Positions 1 to 10,725 of a DNA stretch of 64,000 nucleotides are shown piece by piece. Source of the stretch: an uncultured Nitrospiraceae bacterium (lineage in GTDB: Bacteria > Nitrospirota > Nitrospiria > Nitrospirales > Nitrospiraceae); the NCBI GenBank assembly GCA_963846575.1, contig CAWJWJ010000002.1:2688001-2752000 (forward strand), given 5' to 3'. Under the pieces are notes generated by a model. It saw nothing but the letters and a program-made list of their open reading frames with translations, made no database searches and was not told the DNA's origin. Position 1 is the stretch's first letter, and the number at the start of each line of letters is the position of its first letter. Both the position numbers and the translations under genes were made by a program.

Positions 1-1
1 T

Positions 2-232
2 GAAAACGGCGTCCTTACGATTCAAGGGGATCGGCACCAACAGGCCGTGGAGAACGGCAAAAAGTACCATCGGATCGAGCGTTCCTACGGACGGTTTGTC
101 AGGAGTTTTACGCTTCCTGAAACCGTTGACGAGGGCAAGGTCCAGGCGGAATATGCGGAAGGGATGCTGCATCTGCGTCTCCCGAAATCCGAAAAGGCCA
201 AGCCTAGGCAGATCGAAGTGAAAATCGCCTAA
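2..232 (+). CDS. Hsp20/alpha-crystallin small heat shock protein (5' part outside window)
   Basis: ENGVLTIQG...HRIERSYGRFVRSFTLP...AEYAEGMLHLRLPK...IEV. Confidence 0.9.
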   Translation, partial: ENGVLTIQGDRHQQAVENGKKYHRIERSYGRFVRSFTLPETVDEGKVQAEYAEGMLHLRLPKSEKAKPRQIEVKIA

Positions 233-248
233 GGCGTTACGCGGGCAC

Positions 249-274
249 GGAGGCCCGCTCAACTGCGGGCCTCC
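249..274 (+). terminator. GC hairpin after hsp20, possible terminator
   Basis: ggaggcccgc-N6-gcgggcctcc; no U-tract. Confidence 0.45.
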
Positions 275-482
275 AGCGCGACTTCACCCAAGGCTGAAGC
301 CGCCACTCGAACTCGGCCGAACTGCGGCCGGTCTCCCACCTGAGTCTTGACTCAATTTTTGATTATGTACAGACAATTGAGAAGCAGATGGTACTCTTGA
401 TGAGAACGTCCTTGCGCGTGCGATAAGGCCCTCCACAAGGCCAGCATCGCGGGAGGGTGGCTACCGGTCGTTTCGGATTATC

Positions 483-944
483 ATGACTCTACGACTCAGC
501 CTTCTCGTCCTGCTTAGTATCTTCTGCCTCCTTCTCGGAGCGGGGTACCTGGCCGGCATTTCCTATACCGACTTGCTTCCGCGCACGTTCTCACTCGACA
601 CGTCCTCACTTGAATCGTCGCGCGCGTCGTCGGGCCTCACCATGAACCTGCCTCGCGTCGTCGTGTCCGTAGATGACGGCCGGCAGTTCTATTACATTCA
701 AGCGAATATTGCGCTGGAGATTAACCGCGCGTCGACCGCCCCCTTGATCCGCGCCCGCCACGAGATGATCGATCGGCAAATCATGGACCTCTTCCACACC
801 TATTCAGTCAAAGACCTGCGTGCTGCCGGACAGCCATCGGCACTACGAGCGGACATCAAACGCACCATCAACAACCTGCTTCCGCAGGGGCAGGTTCAGA
901 ATGTCTATATCACCAATTGGGTGATGATCCCGGCACAGTACTGA
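483..944 (+). CDS. FliL-family flagellar basal body-associated protein
   Basis: N-terminal TM; YIQANIALE...IMDLFHTYSVKDL...LRADIKRTINNLL...VQNVYITNWV. Confidence 0.7.
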   Translation: MTLRLSLLVLLSIFCLLLGAGYLAGISYTDLLPRTFSLDTSSLESSRASSGLTMNLPRVVVSVDDGRQFYYIQANIALEINRASTAPLIRARHEMIDRQIMDLFHTYSVKDLRAAGQPSALRADIKRTINNLLPQGQVQNVYITNWVMIPAQY

Positions 945-990
945 CTCGATACGGCCATGAACTTTGGCCGGCAAGTTGACCTCTCGCCCT

Positions 991-1220
991 GTGCCTTGGT
1001 TGAGTCGCTGACCGGGCTCGACGAGCGACTGGAGATCACTCAAACCGGCTACGGTTATCGAGAATATCCGACCCCACTTCCGAGCATCCTGGCAGAGCAT
1101 AAGGACAGGACGGATCAACCCTCCCTGCCCGATCTTGGGAACGCTGTTCCACGGCGGTCGCATTCCGCTGACGCCAGTAGTAAGGCCAGCAGGTACCTAT
1201 TATGAGTGTAAAGGTATGAG
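991..1220 (+). pseudogene. 3' remnant of a large serine recombinase (homolog of 30791-31080)
   Basis: Colinear DNA similarity to 30791-31024, e.g. tcgcattccgctgacgccagtag and aggtacctattatgagt; frameshifted. Confidence 0.7.
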
Positions 1221-1245
1221 GTTACAGGGACGGCCCCGGTCGGTT

Positions 1246-1737
1246 TCATTCACCGTACGTTTGCTCCGGCGTCCCGCCTTCCGTCGTGGGCGCATTCCGG
1301 CTGATGGCTTGCTTCGCCGTCTGAACGGCCACGCCTAGTTCCTCCGCTTCTTGCGCCGTCATGACTGCCTGGGTTTGGCGGAAGAGCGAATTTTCCTCGG
1401 CGGCAACATGAGTCTCGACGAGCTTGTGTAAGTCCTGGAATTTCGATACCCACCTATGGTCGTACACCGGAAATGTCTCCAGTTCATCCAGGAGAATTTT
1501 GATCCGGCGATGCGCTTCGAGGGCATCATGTGCCTCATCTCGTGTAGGCTCTGCCTGCTGGAAGACACGATAGACGTGCAAATCCTCCACGGCTGCGTGG
1601 AGGTCCAACTCACTCTTGAGTTGCCCGAACAACCGATGGCGTTCTGGCGAGTCAGGCTCTGCGAACCCGCGTTGGATTTGTTGAAACAGGGACGCGACGT
1701 GCTCGTGATCACGTCGCAAGAGTGTCACGAAATCCAT
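1246..1737 (-). CDS. Hemerythrin/HHE domain protein
   Basis: LRRDH...HAAVED...EAH...HVAAEE pattern. Confidence 0.85.
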   Translation of the reverse strand: MDFVTLLRRDHEHVASLFQQIQRGFAEPDSPERHRLFGQLKSELDLHAAVEDLHVYRVFQQAEPTRDEAHDALEAHRRIKILLDELETFPVYDHRWVSKFQDLHKLVETHVAAEENSLFRQTQAVMTAQEAEELGVAVQTAKQAISRNAPTTEGGTPEQTYGE

Positions 1738-1820
1738 GGGATCTCCTTTCGGTTTCCACAGGACCGCTCAGGCCGGATGTTCGTAGGCGCCCACACGCGG
1801 CACTCAACCTTCTAGCTCCA

Positions 1821-2300
1821 TCAGACAGCCGAAGGGCCGGATGGCTCCATCGCTTGCCATAGTCCCAACGAGGTCAGGGTGGCATAGACGTCCGTCCGCC
1901 CTTTGTCTGGCCTGATCACCATACGCACATGAGTCACCTGGTCTTGCGCGATGTCCCACCTTTCTGTTTCCCAGGTCGCTCCATTCGGGCTGAAGGTAAA
2001 TTCCTGACGGACGACCTCGCGATACGTGAGGCCGCCGTCTGAGGACAGCGCGAGTTGCACCTCTTGAGTGCGTGCAATTTCCCGTTCTTCCACTTCCATG
2101 GCGATGCGGGCAAGGGCACATGGTGCCTTGAACGCCACGGTGATCGTTTGTTCCCCGGGATCACCGGCTTTCCAGTACGTCGCACCCGGCCCGTCACCGT
2201 CATCGAATGCCAACAAAATCGGATGCGCCTCATCCTCGGAGCTGGCCCGCACCTCGGCGAAGGCCAGCAGGGGCAATTTTTGTAATTGTAATTGAGCCAT
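1821..2300 (-). CDS. Discoidin/galactose-binding-like (F5/8 type C-like) domain protein
   Basis: ASSEDEAHPI..AFD...TYWKAG..GEQTITVAF...SSDGG. Confidence 0.6.
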   Translation of the reverse strand: MAQLQLQKLPLLAFAEVRASSEDEAHPILLAFDDGDGPGATYWKAGDPGEQTITVAFKAPCALARIAMEVEEREIARTQEVQLALSSDGGLTYREVVRQEFTFSPNGATWETERWDIAQDQVTHVRMVIRPDKGRTDVYATLTSLGLWQAMEPSGPSAV

Positions 2301-2476
2301 AGCCGATGTTGGACCGCCCCGGGAATGAAGAACAGTAGGGAGGCCCCTAGGGGACCTTACCGAAAAGCCAGGTCAACGACCATGCTGGTCGCAGCGGGAG
2401 GCGCTTAGAGGGCCCCCTTGACTCAAGTCCTAAAAAACTTATTGAAGTAATGATCCTCATTGGACTGAGGTGGATC

Positions 2477-2872
2477 ATGCAATCCCAGCGATCAATTAAA
2501 AAGCTAGTACCTCTGAGTGTCGCATTGTTGTGGCTGTTCGCAGAGCCGGCTGCAGGTGCGGAAGGCGGAACTTACGAGACCATGCACGAAGTCATCGGCC
2601 AGACCGAATTGGTACTGAAACGAGCCGCGAAAGAAAGTCCCCAATGGCATCGTCGACAGGACGCGATTCAACGCGACGTGGAGGACATCACATTCTTCGT
2701 GGACCGCGCGCTAAAAGCTTCAAAAAACCTCAATGCTGCCGCAAGGAATGACTACGCGGAGCAGGCGCTCAGGCTACTTCAACGAGCCGTGAGGCGAGGG
2801 CACTTTGATCCCAAGGACATTGAACCGGTGCTGACTCTGATACGCGAACTGTTGCCCAACGTGGCTGCATGA
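2477..2872 (+). CDS. Secreted helical hypothetical protein
   Basis: Signal peptide (AAGA), RBS gagg. Confidence 0.6.
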   Translation: MQSQRSIKKLVPLSVALLWLFAEPAAGAEGGTYETMHEVIGQTELVLKRAAKESPQWHRRQDAIQRDVEDITFFVDRALKASKNLNAAARNDYAEQALRLLQRAVRRGHFDPKDIEPVLTLIRELLPNVAA

Positions 2873-3182
2873 GGGTGGAGCCGGCTGTGACCGAGTGGCA
2901 GCATAATCTGTTTATCTGACGGATGAAGTAGCCTAAGGTCAACGAAGCCTGTGCCGGCTTCCACTGCCCTTCGCCGAGTCCATCGCTCAGCCGGAGATCT
3001 TCCCTGCGTTACCCTGAGGCACTCACAATAAGGAACCTGGCGCCTGCCGCGCACTATCGTGGGTACGCTCACATTGCATCATGGCATGCACGCGTTAGGG
3101 CGGCAGGCGCCTGTCGGTTACCGCCAGGACGGAGTACTCAGACGCTCACGCAGCTTCGCCCAGGCATTGCTGAGGGGATTGG

Positions 3183-3710
3183 CTAAGCGTGCCCAACGAT
3201 CCGACTGACCAATCTCCGGCCTTTAGAGGAGCCATCTTGTGCCAAGAGTGACCGTCCCGGCGCCGTCACCTCAATCCGCCGAGGTTTGGGCCTTTCGGAC
3301 TTCGGGCAAGACAGGCGCAACATCCCATTGGCGTATTCCGCTCGCACCCTGCGTTCGTCGGCCTCAGCAGGAAGCGCAAATCGTCTGACGAAGCGACCAT
3401 AGGTACGCTCGACCCGATGATGCGTTCGTCCCCTCTCCGCCTGTTCATGTCTCCGTTCTCCCTCAACTGAAAGCACTCCGTTCTCCACTGTCACCTTCAC
3501 GTCTTTTTTTTCGACTCCGGGGAGTTCCGCGTGGATCGTATACTCCGTGTCCGTTTCGCTGGCGTCCACCGTCGGGATCCAATCAGCAAGGGTCCTTCCT
3601 TCCATCGCGCGGTCGTCAAGCATACCCGCTCGTGGTCGCGCCATGATCTCGTCCAGTCTGTCAGACATCTCTTCCAACTCACGCAAGGGGTTCCATTTCA
3701 TCACGGCCAT
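3183..3710 (-). CDS. Hsp20/alpha-crystallin protein
   Basis: WNPLRELEEM...WIPTVD..E...AELPGV...ERTYGRFVRRFALP. Confidence 0.9.
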   Translation of the reverse strand: MAVMKWNPLRELEEMSDRLDEIMARPRAGMLDDRAMEGRTLADWIPTVDASETDTEYTIHAELPGVEKKDVKVTVENGVLSVEGERRHEQAERGRTHHRVERTYGRFVRRFALPAEADERRVRAEYANGMLRLSCPKSERPKPRRIEVTAPGRSLLAQDGSSKGRRLVSRIVGHA

Positions 3711-4108
3711 GCTGCACCTCCTCTGTAGATAGGTAATGACCTACTGTGACCTCTGCTATGGCGGAGGTGATTGCGGCAGGATACAAGTCAAGGGAGGCAA
3801 GATAGCCCCTTCCAGGCCCAGACCGGAGAGTTTGACGTGATGGCTGGAAGTCGCGTCTCATCAGGACGATCCTCGGAATATCTCGCCTCCGCGACAGTCA
3901 TTCGTGCGCCAGGGAATTTCCTGTCGTGCCGACGTCAGCCTGTCGAGGATCGCGCAACACCCATTCACATCCGAGTGGGCATAAGCCTGTGCCGGGCCGT
4001 TCAGCTCATGGTGGGTCGCACAATATCGTCAAGGGTTCCTACGAGCTTTACTACGCTCTGGAAAATTGTAGGCTGTTTTTTGTGCTGGTCCTGAGAATGT
4101 ACTGTCGC

Positions 4109-4588
4109 ATGTCCGAGCCATCCACCCCTGCCGCTCGAATCTTGAAGCTGTTGTCCGATGACCACAGGGTCATCAGGACACTCTTCGAACAATTCCAGGC
4201 GGCGTCGTTGGAAGCCCGGGGGGCTCTTGTCCTCAGAGCGATTCACCGGTTCCAAGCCCATGCCGAGCTTGAGGAAAGATTCATTTACCCAGCCATTCAC
4301 AGGGCGGTTGGCGGGCCGAGGTGCATGATGCAAGCCGTGGAGGATCATCGTTCCATCCGTCGGGCCATCAGGAGGTTGATGAGGCTGAGTCCAAGCGATG
4401 CGAGATGTCAGGCTTCATTCTCCGCATTGGGCGAGCAGATCGGGCGTCATATTGACGAAGAAGAACGGGACCTCCTGCCGCGGGCCGCGAGAACTTGCCT
4501 CAATTGGGAAGTGCTGGAGGCACAAGTGCTCGCCTACAAGCAGGTGTCCGAGGGCAGACGCACCAGAAAGAGACCTGTCTTATTGTAA
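4109..4588 (+). CDS. Hemerythrin domain protein
   Basis: LSDDH...HAELEERFIYPA...EDH...HIDEEE. Confidence 0.8.
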   Translation: MSEPSTPAARILKLLSDDHRVIRTLFEQFQAASLEARGALVLRAIHRFQAHAELEERFIYPAIHRAVGGPRCMMQAVEDHRSIRRAIRRLMRLSPSDARCQASFSALGEQIGRHIDEEERDLLPRAARTCLNWEVLEAQVLAYKQVSEGRRTRKRPVLL

Positions 4589-4713
4589 ACAGACACTGCG
4601 GTCCGCTCCTGGTTCTGGGAGTGTCATGGTCGGTACTCCCATAGAGGAGATCAATCACAACGGTACGCGGGCGAGTGCTTCTCGTCTCGGGCCAACAGGG
4701 AAGGGGGAACTGC

Positions 4714-5466
4714 TTGAAGACGACAACGAACGGGTTTTCCGCCAATCGCATTCTGGCCCTGCTGCCGCATCGGGAGGCCGAGGTGATTTTTCCCCACATG
4801 GAACTGATGGAAGTCCAATTAGGCGATATCATCGACCGGCCCGGAAAGCCGATCCAGTACCTGTTCTTTCCTCTCCGCGCCGCCATTAGTATCACCGACA
4901 TTCTGGATGAGGAGCATACGGTCGAAGTCAGTCTCAGCGGACCCGAGGGTTGTAGCGGCGCATCGGTAGTGCAAGGCAACGATCAAGCCGTCTGTATGGC
5001 GCTGGTTCAAATCGGTGGCTCCACGGCCCGGCTCCCGGCCTCGGTATTGCTGTCCGAGCTATCTCGCCTGCCCTATCTACAAGGAGCGCTCCAGCGATAC
5101 AACGTCCTGCTGCTGCGCCATGCGGTGGTGTCCGTGGGATGCAACCGGTTCCATTCCCACCGTCAACGTCTTGCCCGCTGGTTAACATCCCATTGGGACC
5201 GGACGGGGCTGGAGACGTTCCCCTTTACCATGGACTTCCTCGCGGCCCAGGTGGGGGTCGACCGGAATACGGCCAGTGAAGTAATCGCGGACCTGGAAGC
5301 GCAGCGGATTGTCGCCAAGCGCCACCATGCCGTTACGATCACGGATCACGAAGGGCTGACCGCCGCCTGCTGTGAATGCTTTGCCGTCTCCAAGGAAGCC
5401 ACGAGCCACTATCTGGAGGGCCTACAAGACCTTGCGCGCGCGCATGGCGACGCGTCCTCGACGTAA
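4714..5466 (+). CDS. Crp/Fnr family transcriptional regulator
   Basis: NRILALLP...GPEG...CNRFHSHRQRLARWL...FLAAQVGVDR HTH...CCECF; start uncertain. Confidence 0.85.
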   Translation: MKTTTNGFSANRILALLPHREAEVIFPHMELMEVQLGDIIDRPGKPIQYLFFPLRAAISITDILDEEHTVEVSLSGPEGCSGASVVQGNDQAVCMALVQIGGSTARLPASVLLSELSRLPYLQGALQRYNVLLLRHAVVSVGCNRFHSHRQRLARWLTSHWDRTGLETFPFTMDFLAAQVGVDRNTASEVIADLEAQRIVAKRHHAVTITDHEGLTAACCECFAVSKEATSHYLEGLQDLARAHGDASST

Positions 5467-5851
5467 CGATGCCGATGCGCAGAACAGGGAAGCCAAGATG
5501 CCCTGTCCGTGAGACCATCTGCGCTTCCTCAAATGCGGTTGATGAGTCCCCAGGGACGTAACCAGGCATCCTGGATAAAAAGCAGAACTAGGCTATCGAG
5601 CGAGGCATCCCAGGCCAGTCAACGCGAACGGATATGGAACTGCATACAGGGCACACATAATGGGGCGCCGCACAGCGGGTCGGACATTCACAGGTTGGCG
5701 GGGACGATGCGCGTAAAGCCACTGAGTCAGGATCGCCGTCGTCGGCTTGAATGGTGGCGACGTAACCAAGGCGATCGAACCGGCAGGGAACTTCAACGGT
5801 CGACCGGGGGGAATAGGAAGATCGGTAGCGTCTCGCTGGAGGCACTGTGTG

Positions 5852-6157
5852 ATGAGCCTTCAAATTGATGTCAATACGATCACCCGCATGCTCTTGAAAG
5901 ATGGTGCCTGGTATGAAGTATTGCCCGGCTCGCTGACAATGGAGGCTTTGGAGTGGACGGATGGTTAAGGCCTCGTGATCGCAACCGGAGACATTGCGGT
6001 ACTTCCCCCGATGGGTGTCCGGTTCAAGACGCGGGGGATTACCGGATGGATGTCCTGCCCGCTTATGTCAATCCTGGCCGTACAGTATGAGCCCATCGAA
6101 ATGGAAGATCCGCTCGGGATCAACGTGCCCGCTGCCTTAGCAGATGAATTCGACTAA
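5852..6157 (+). pseudogene. Hypothetical gene interrupted by an in-frame TAA (5966-5968)
   Basis: RBS ggagg + ATG; two track ORFs in the same frame separated by one stop. Confidence 0.6.
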
Positions 6158-6563
6158 CCTCGATGACAGGGGACGCGAGAACAAAACTGTCGTCACGGAC
6201 CCGCCTCGATCAACTGGAATTCTGACCACGGGGAAATGACATGACCACGAGATTCTGGTGGATTCTTCTGGCTGTTGCAGTTGGCGCGCTCGTCGCGGCA
6301 GGGATGCTCTCCCGGCTCTATGTCGGACAGCAGGTACCGCCCGAAGTGGAACGTCTCGCACCACGGTGATACTGACACTCCCAAGTCTTCTCGAGACCTT
6401 CTCGACGCGAAGTTTATTGACGCCCCGGCACTGCCCAGGCCATCCTCCAGACCGTGAATTCCGTTTCCTGCGGCCCGGCCCCCTACGCGAGGGGCTACCC
6501 AAGCTGGCACGATAGGGCCAGAGCCAGGATAAGTCATGCCGCATGCCTACGCCTCGAGGGGCC

Positions 6564-6660
6564 CTACGGGGCGATGCTCAAAAACACCGTGGCATTGCCG
6601 CGATCGATGAGCAGAAGGACCGGCTTCCTCGGGGTCGGTGTAGCCGTGAGCCGTTCGCCG
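6564..6660 (-). pseudogene. C-terminal remnant resembling the DegP/HtrA PDZ end
   Basis: ERLTATPTPRKPVLLLIDRGNATVFLSIAP*. Confidence 0.45.
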
Positions 6661-6675
6661 GTTCGCGCAGAGTGG

Positions 6676-6858
6676 CTAGTTTTGAGACATCGACCCTTTG
6701 ACGCTCTGGCAATGCTTGAGGAGTTTTTCTAAATAGAACTCGACCACTTTGGTTTCTTCGTGAGTCAGGGGAGGTTGGAGAAGAATGGGAGACAACAGCG
6801 TTTCGCAGTCGAGGATGAATGCCCGGATTTCCGGCCTATACAGGTCGTCGCCGATCAT
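6676..6858 (-). CDS. Small hypothetical protein
   Basis: RBS ggggga; amphipathic 60 aa. Confidence 0.55.
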   Translation of the reverse strand: MIGDDLYRPEIRAFILDCETLLSPILLQPPLTHEETKVVEFYLEKLLKHCQSVKGSMSQN

Positions 6859-7500
6859 GGTGAATCCCCCATTGAGCCTTAGGTGCGATGTTTCTGCGGG
6901 TGGTGGTCTGAAGAGCCATAGGGTACGTCTTAGGTGCAGCGAAGTCCATGGGACATATGTGCTGGTGCGGCCCTAGTGGTTTCCACTGTAGACGATAGCA
7001 ACAATCATGTCGTCCTACGCGAACATGCGGTGCAGGCACAGCAGAGAATAGATAGCCGATGACGCCAGAACTCTCCACCTCAGCCAACTATTCAGGTTTC
7101 ACGTCCGGCTGTTTCTCCTTCTTCGCAGTTCGATGCGATCGTGGCCCGAGGCTTCTATCCGCCGGCACATGTGCAGATGAGCGGTCGGCAAATTGTAGAT
7201 GTCGCTCACAAACGCTCCGTCCTCCACGTTGTTCTCCAGTCGAGCTCAGTCAGGCCGCCTTTCTCCTCACACCTATATTCAGCCCTGGTTCAGAAGTCCT
7301 GTTTTTCGGAATCACGCCCGAGCCCTGATGAAGGTCCTTGCATCCGCTATGGCATAGGGTCCTCCCTAGTAGGAGGAGAGCCCGAGGTCCCGCAGAATGG
7401 CACCATCTTCTGCGTAGATATTCAAGGAACTGCGTCAAAAGTGGGACGATTCCCGTTTCATGTCGAATCCGGCCCGCTTTCGCTCACAAGGAGGAACGTT

Positions 7501-7992
7501 ATGCGATCTCCGGTAGTCATTGGATTGGCTGTGTTGGTGTCAGGATGCACGATGTGGTCGAATAAACCCACAGTCCCAGAGACCAGTCGAACCGCGGTCG
7601 TGCATGACGTGCACGTGTCATTGACGGACATCAATCCCGTTGAGCTGCGGGCCAACGTTGGAGATGAAGTGCGATTTATCAATGATAAAACGCAGCCCAT
7701 TCGCATCGTACTCATTGAAGCGGGCAAAAGCATTGCCTGCAACAAAGGTTTCAATGGAACGATCGATCAGGAAGCCGACATTAAACCAGGGCAATATGCA
7801 GGGTTTTGCTTCAGCCGGACGGGAACTGTCAGATACATGGCTCGAGATCAAACGGCTGTGACCGGCGGCGAGGTTGTGCTGCCCGCACAAATATTAGTGG
7901 GATCTGGCATAAGCCGTCCCACCCGTACCGAAAGCGTCCTGCCATTCGGGCGGTCCGAGGAGGAGAATTCAACGGGGTCACCGCAAAGATAA
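7501..7992 (+). CDS. Cupredoxin-like lipoprotein
   Basis: RBS aggagg, lipobox LVSGC, INPVELRANVGDEVRFIN...IKPGQ..GFCF..GT.RY. Confidence 0.7.
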   Translation: MRSPVVIGLAVLVSGCTMWSNKPTVPETSRTAVVHDVHVSLTDINPVELRANVGDEVRFINDKTQPIRIVLIEAGKSIACNKGFNGTIDQEADIKPGQYAGFCFSRTGTVRYMARDQTAVTGGEVVLPAQILVGSGISRPTRTESVLPFGRSEEENSTGSPQR

Positions 7993-8247
7993 ACTCTCGC
8001 TCATCGGCATTGGCACTCCTGCAGAAATAGGGAAGGCGAGACATCTATGCAGCGGCTCACCTTCCTTCTTCATCCCGGCTTCACGTGAACACCGTGAACA
8101 GCCCGGATTGCGCTCCCGGGAACCAATATGACTTAGCACCCGGCGGGCAAGTCGTCGTCGTCCGTTTACGCTCATCAGGAGCGAGGATCAGACGCGTCGG
8201 ATCATCCGCCGGAGTTGCTTCCGGAATGGCCTCCAGGAAGCGCCGGG

Positions 8248-8424
8248 TTACGCTTTCTTCCGGGGGACCTTCTTGCCCTTCTTCCTGGCTTCCGACAAAC
8301 CAATCGCGATGGCCTGCTTGCGGCTTTTCACTTTTTTTCCGCTTCCGCTTTTCAATGTCCCCTTCTTGCGTTTATGCATGGCCTGCTTGACAGTTTTCTG
8401 AGCACCCTCGCTATATCGGGCCAT
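8248..8424 (-). CDS. Small Lys-rich DUF6496-like protein (below ORF-track cutoff)
   Basis: MARYSEGAQKTVKQAMHKRKKGTLKSGSGKKVKSRKQAIAIGLSEARKKGKKVPRKKA; RBS gaggagg. Confidence 0.8.
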   Translation of the reverse strand: MARYSEGAQKTVKQAMHKRKKGTLKSGSGKKVKSRKQAIAIGLSEARKKGKKVPRKKA

Positions 8425-8442
8425 CTCTTCCTCCTCACCAGG

Positions 8443-8877
8443 TTACCGTTGGGTCCGTGAAGGATCTGAGACATTGTGCAATACAGCCCCTGACGTCTGA
8501 GTATCCAGACCGTCCACGCTGAGATCGCCGAAAGATATGATCCCGACCAGTTGTTTCTCTCTGGAAAGCACGGGCAAGCGACGGATCTGCTTATCAGCCA
8601 TAATTTTGGCGGCTGCTTCTGCGTCCTCATCCTCAAAGCAGTAGACTACGTCCCGCGTCATTGCGTCACTGACGGTCGCCTGTGCGGGATCGCGGCCCGC
8701 TGCAACGACCCTTACCACGAGATCCCGATCAGTCACCATACCCAGCAAACGCTCACTCTCACAGACAGGAATCGCCCCGACATCCAGTTCCTTCATTTTG
8801 CGAGCCGCATCCGCAGCGGTTGCGGTCGGCGACAGGGTCTCCACGCTCGGTGTCATGATGGCATTAAGTAGTGGCAT
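8443..8877 (-). CDS. Tandem CBS domain protein
   Basis: AARKMKELDVGAIPV...GMVTDRDLVVR...QIRRLPV...GIISFGDL. Confidence 0.9.
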   Translation of the reverse strand: MPLLNAIMTPSVETLSPTATAADAARKMKELDVGAIPVCESERLLGMVTDRDLVVRVVAAGRDPAQATVSDAMTRDVVYCFEDEDAEAAAKIMADKQIRRLPVLSREKQLVGIISFGDLSVDGLDTQTSGAVLHNVSDPSRTQR

Positions 8878-9082
8878 GGGGCTCCTCCTTAATGTTTCCG
8901 GCTGAGATTCCAAAGCTCGAATCTAAATTATCACCTGTGGATCGGCAGTCCACTGGGCGAAGCCCTTGCGAATATGGCGCGCCTGCGGGTGCTGCCCACT
9001 GCTGAAGCAGCTTCCCGATCAGAGGGGACTCTGTGCGCCTGGCGAGCGTGCACAGCACGATCCCATCCCTTCAATCGCCGGG

Positions 9083-9250
9083 TTACCATCCTGCTTCTGC
9101 GAAGGTAGTTTGTTCCATGATCTGACGGATAGTTTCCAGATGTTCCCTTTCCTCTGAGAGAGCAATCATAAACTTCTCAGCCATATCGGTCTGACCCATT
9201 TCTCGGGCTAACTTGATCAACAGATCCCAACCATCCCGATCCGTGAGTTC
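9083..9250 (-). pseudogene. 3' remnant of a ferritin-like domain gene
   Basis: ELTDRDGWDLLIKLAREMGQTDMAEKFMIALSEEREHLETIR; in-frame stop immediately upstream. Confidence 0.65.
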
Positions 9251-9441
9251 TCATTGGCAGTGTTACTCTTCTGAAGCGCTCCGATGCGGCGGGGCAGCAC
9301 CAGCAAATGACCTTTGTCTCAGGCAGACAATTTGTCATCGGACCTCACAAACACGAAGGCAGGAAGCTCCGGTGACCCTCCTGCCTACGTAACTGCCATC
9401 TCGTGACTGAGGCGCAGAACCCCACCCTCATCCTTATGGAT

Positions 9442-9774
9442 TCAACTGGGCAGCTTCAGGGTATTGTTGTTGAGATACGCAACCGGCGCCGAAAGGACCC
9501 AGTGAACGATGTCACTCTCTTTTAAAGCTCTTTCGAGTTCGCTCCTTGTACGCCGGGTGTCTAGCAGTAAGTCCATGCCGATCTGAACAGTACATTTGAA
9601 CGTTCCGCCTTGAAAGAGATGCAACGTGCGGTCCACATTGGTCCGGGAACCATCTTCGATACGCCAGTCCGGGAAGGTCTGGGACAAATACTGACGAATT
9701 AAACCAATTTTCTCTGCTTCACTATTCATGTCGGACCCGTCGCCATCCATCCGGTTATGGGGTGGCATCGTCAT
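9442..9774 (-). CDS. Hypothetical protein
   Basis: ORF with globular composition. Confidence 0.5.
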   Translation of the reverse strand: MTMPPHNRMDGDGSDMNSEAEKIGLIRQYLSQTFPDWRIEDGSRTNVDRTLHLFQGGTFKCTVQIGMDLLLDTRRTRSELERALKESDIVHWVLSAPVAYLNNNTLKLPS

Positions 9775-10102
9775 GACCTGGCCGCGGCTTCACGACAGTG
9801 GGAGGTGAATTCAGGGCGGAAATAGGATTCTGTCCGGCTTCCGACAGGCTGACGGTAAAATGGTGGCACTGTCGGCAGAGGGCTGAAAATGAGGAGGTTT
9901 TCGGATCGTAGCGCGTGTGAATATGGTCCTCCGGTATGTCTGCGTCTGGCGCGAGGAGGGACTCGTCTAACTCAATGGGTTTCCCGCATTCAGGATTCTC
10001 ACACGGGACAACGTTGGGTGACCTTGCGCTCGCACTCTCCTTTTCTCGCATAGCTTCCCTCCTTCGTGTCGCAGCCTTCCGCCAGCCATGCGCCATCGGC
10101 AT
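9755..10102 (-). CDS. Putative zinc-ribbon protein
   Basis: CENPEC...CRQCHH; start uncertain. Confidence 0.45.
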   Translation of the reverse strand: MPMAHGWRKAATRRREAMREKESASARSPNVVPCENPECGKPIELDESLLAPDADIPEDHIHTRYDPKTSSFSALCRQCHHFTVSLSEAGQNPISALNSPPTVVKPRPGHDDATP

Positions 10103-10725
10103 GAGGCTGGCATCGGCATACGGTGCTCGTTATGCCGTACGAAGGACCCAAGCGAGTGAGTAACGCCGCCGACGCTTCCTGCCATGATCTTTTTCTGCGG
10201 GCCACGATCTCAACGCGCTGCGTCCATCCGTGGATCGGGCTCCTTTATATAAAAATGAATCACGTACCGGCCACTGGGTAATCCCCCTGCACCGTTCGTG
10301 GGCAAGTTACTGCCGGCCTGTTGTGACTATCCTCCGCTTCCCCTTACCGTGACCGCGCCAAACCCCCAGTAGACACATCGCCCTCGGGCTCGGGCCGTAA
10401 AGCACCGCTCTCCCATCGCCCCCATAGCGAACGCTAAGGTTGATCGATGGGGAGAGAGTAAGGCGCGAGAAGGGTCGCTAGGGACGACATCTACAACGGC
10501 AGAGAAACTCCGGCAACGCTGCCCGTGGACACTTTGAAGTTTGTTTCAGTGCGGCGTCGGAAGGCTGAATGTATAGGTACCCGGTGTTGCACATAGTGAA
10601 CATGATCCTGAAGTTCGGCCGCTTGCACCATGACCTAACCCATTGTGAAAGCCCGGCAGAGCTGCGGGTTTGATGTCGAAGAGGAAAGACACATGCCGGA
10701 CGAGTGAAGGCAGGCAGTGATCCAA

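Noticed and set aside
3825..3875. Minus-strand CTGATGA-gacg...cgtc-AAAC hammerhead-like motif
   Set aside because: It lacks the G of GAAA and a plausible stem III.
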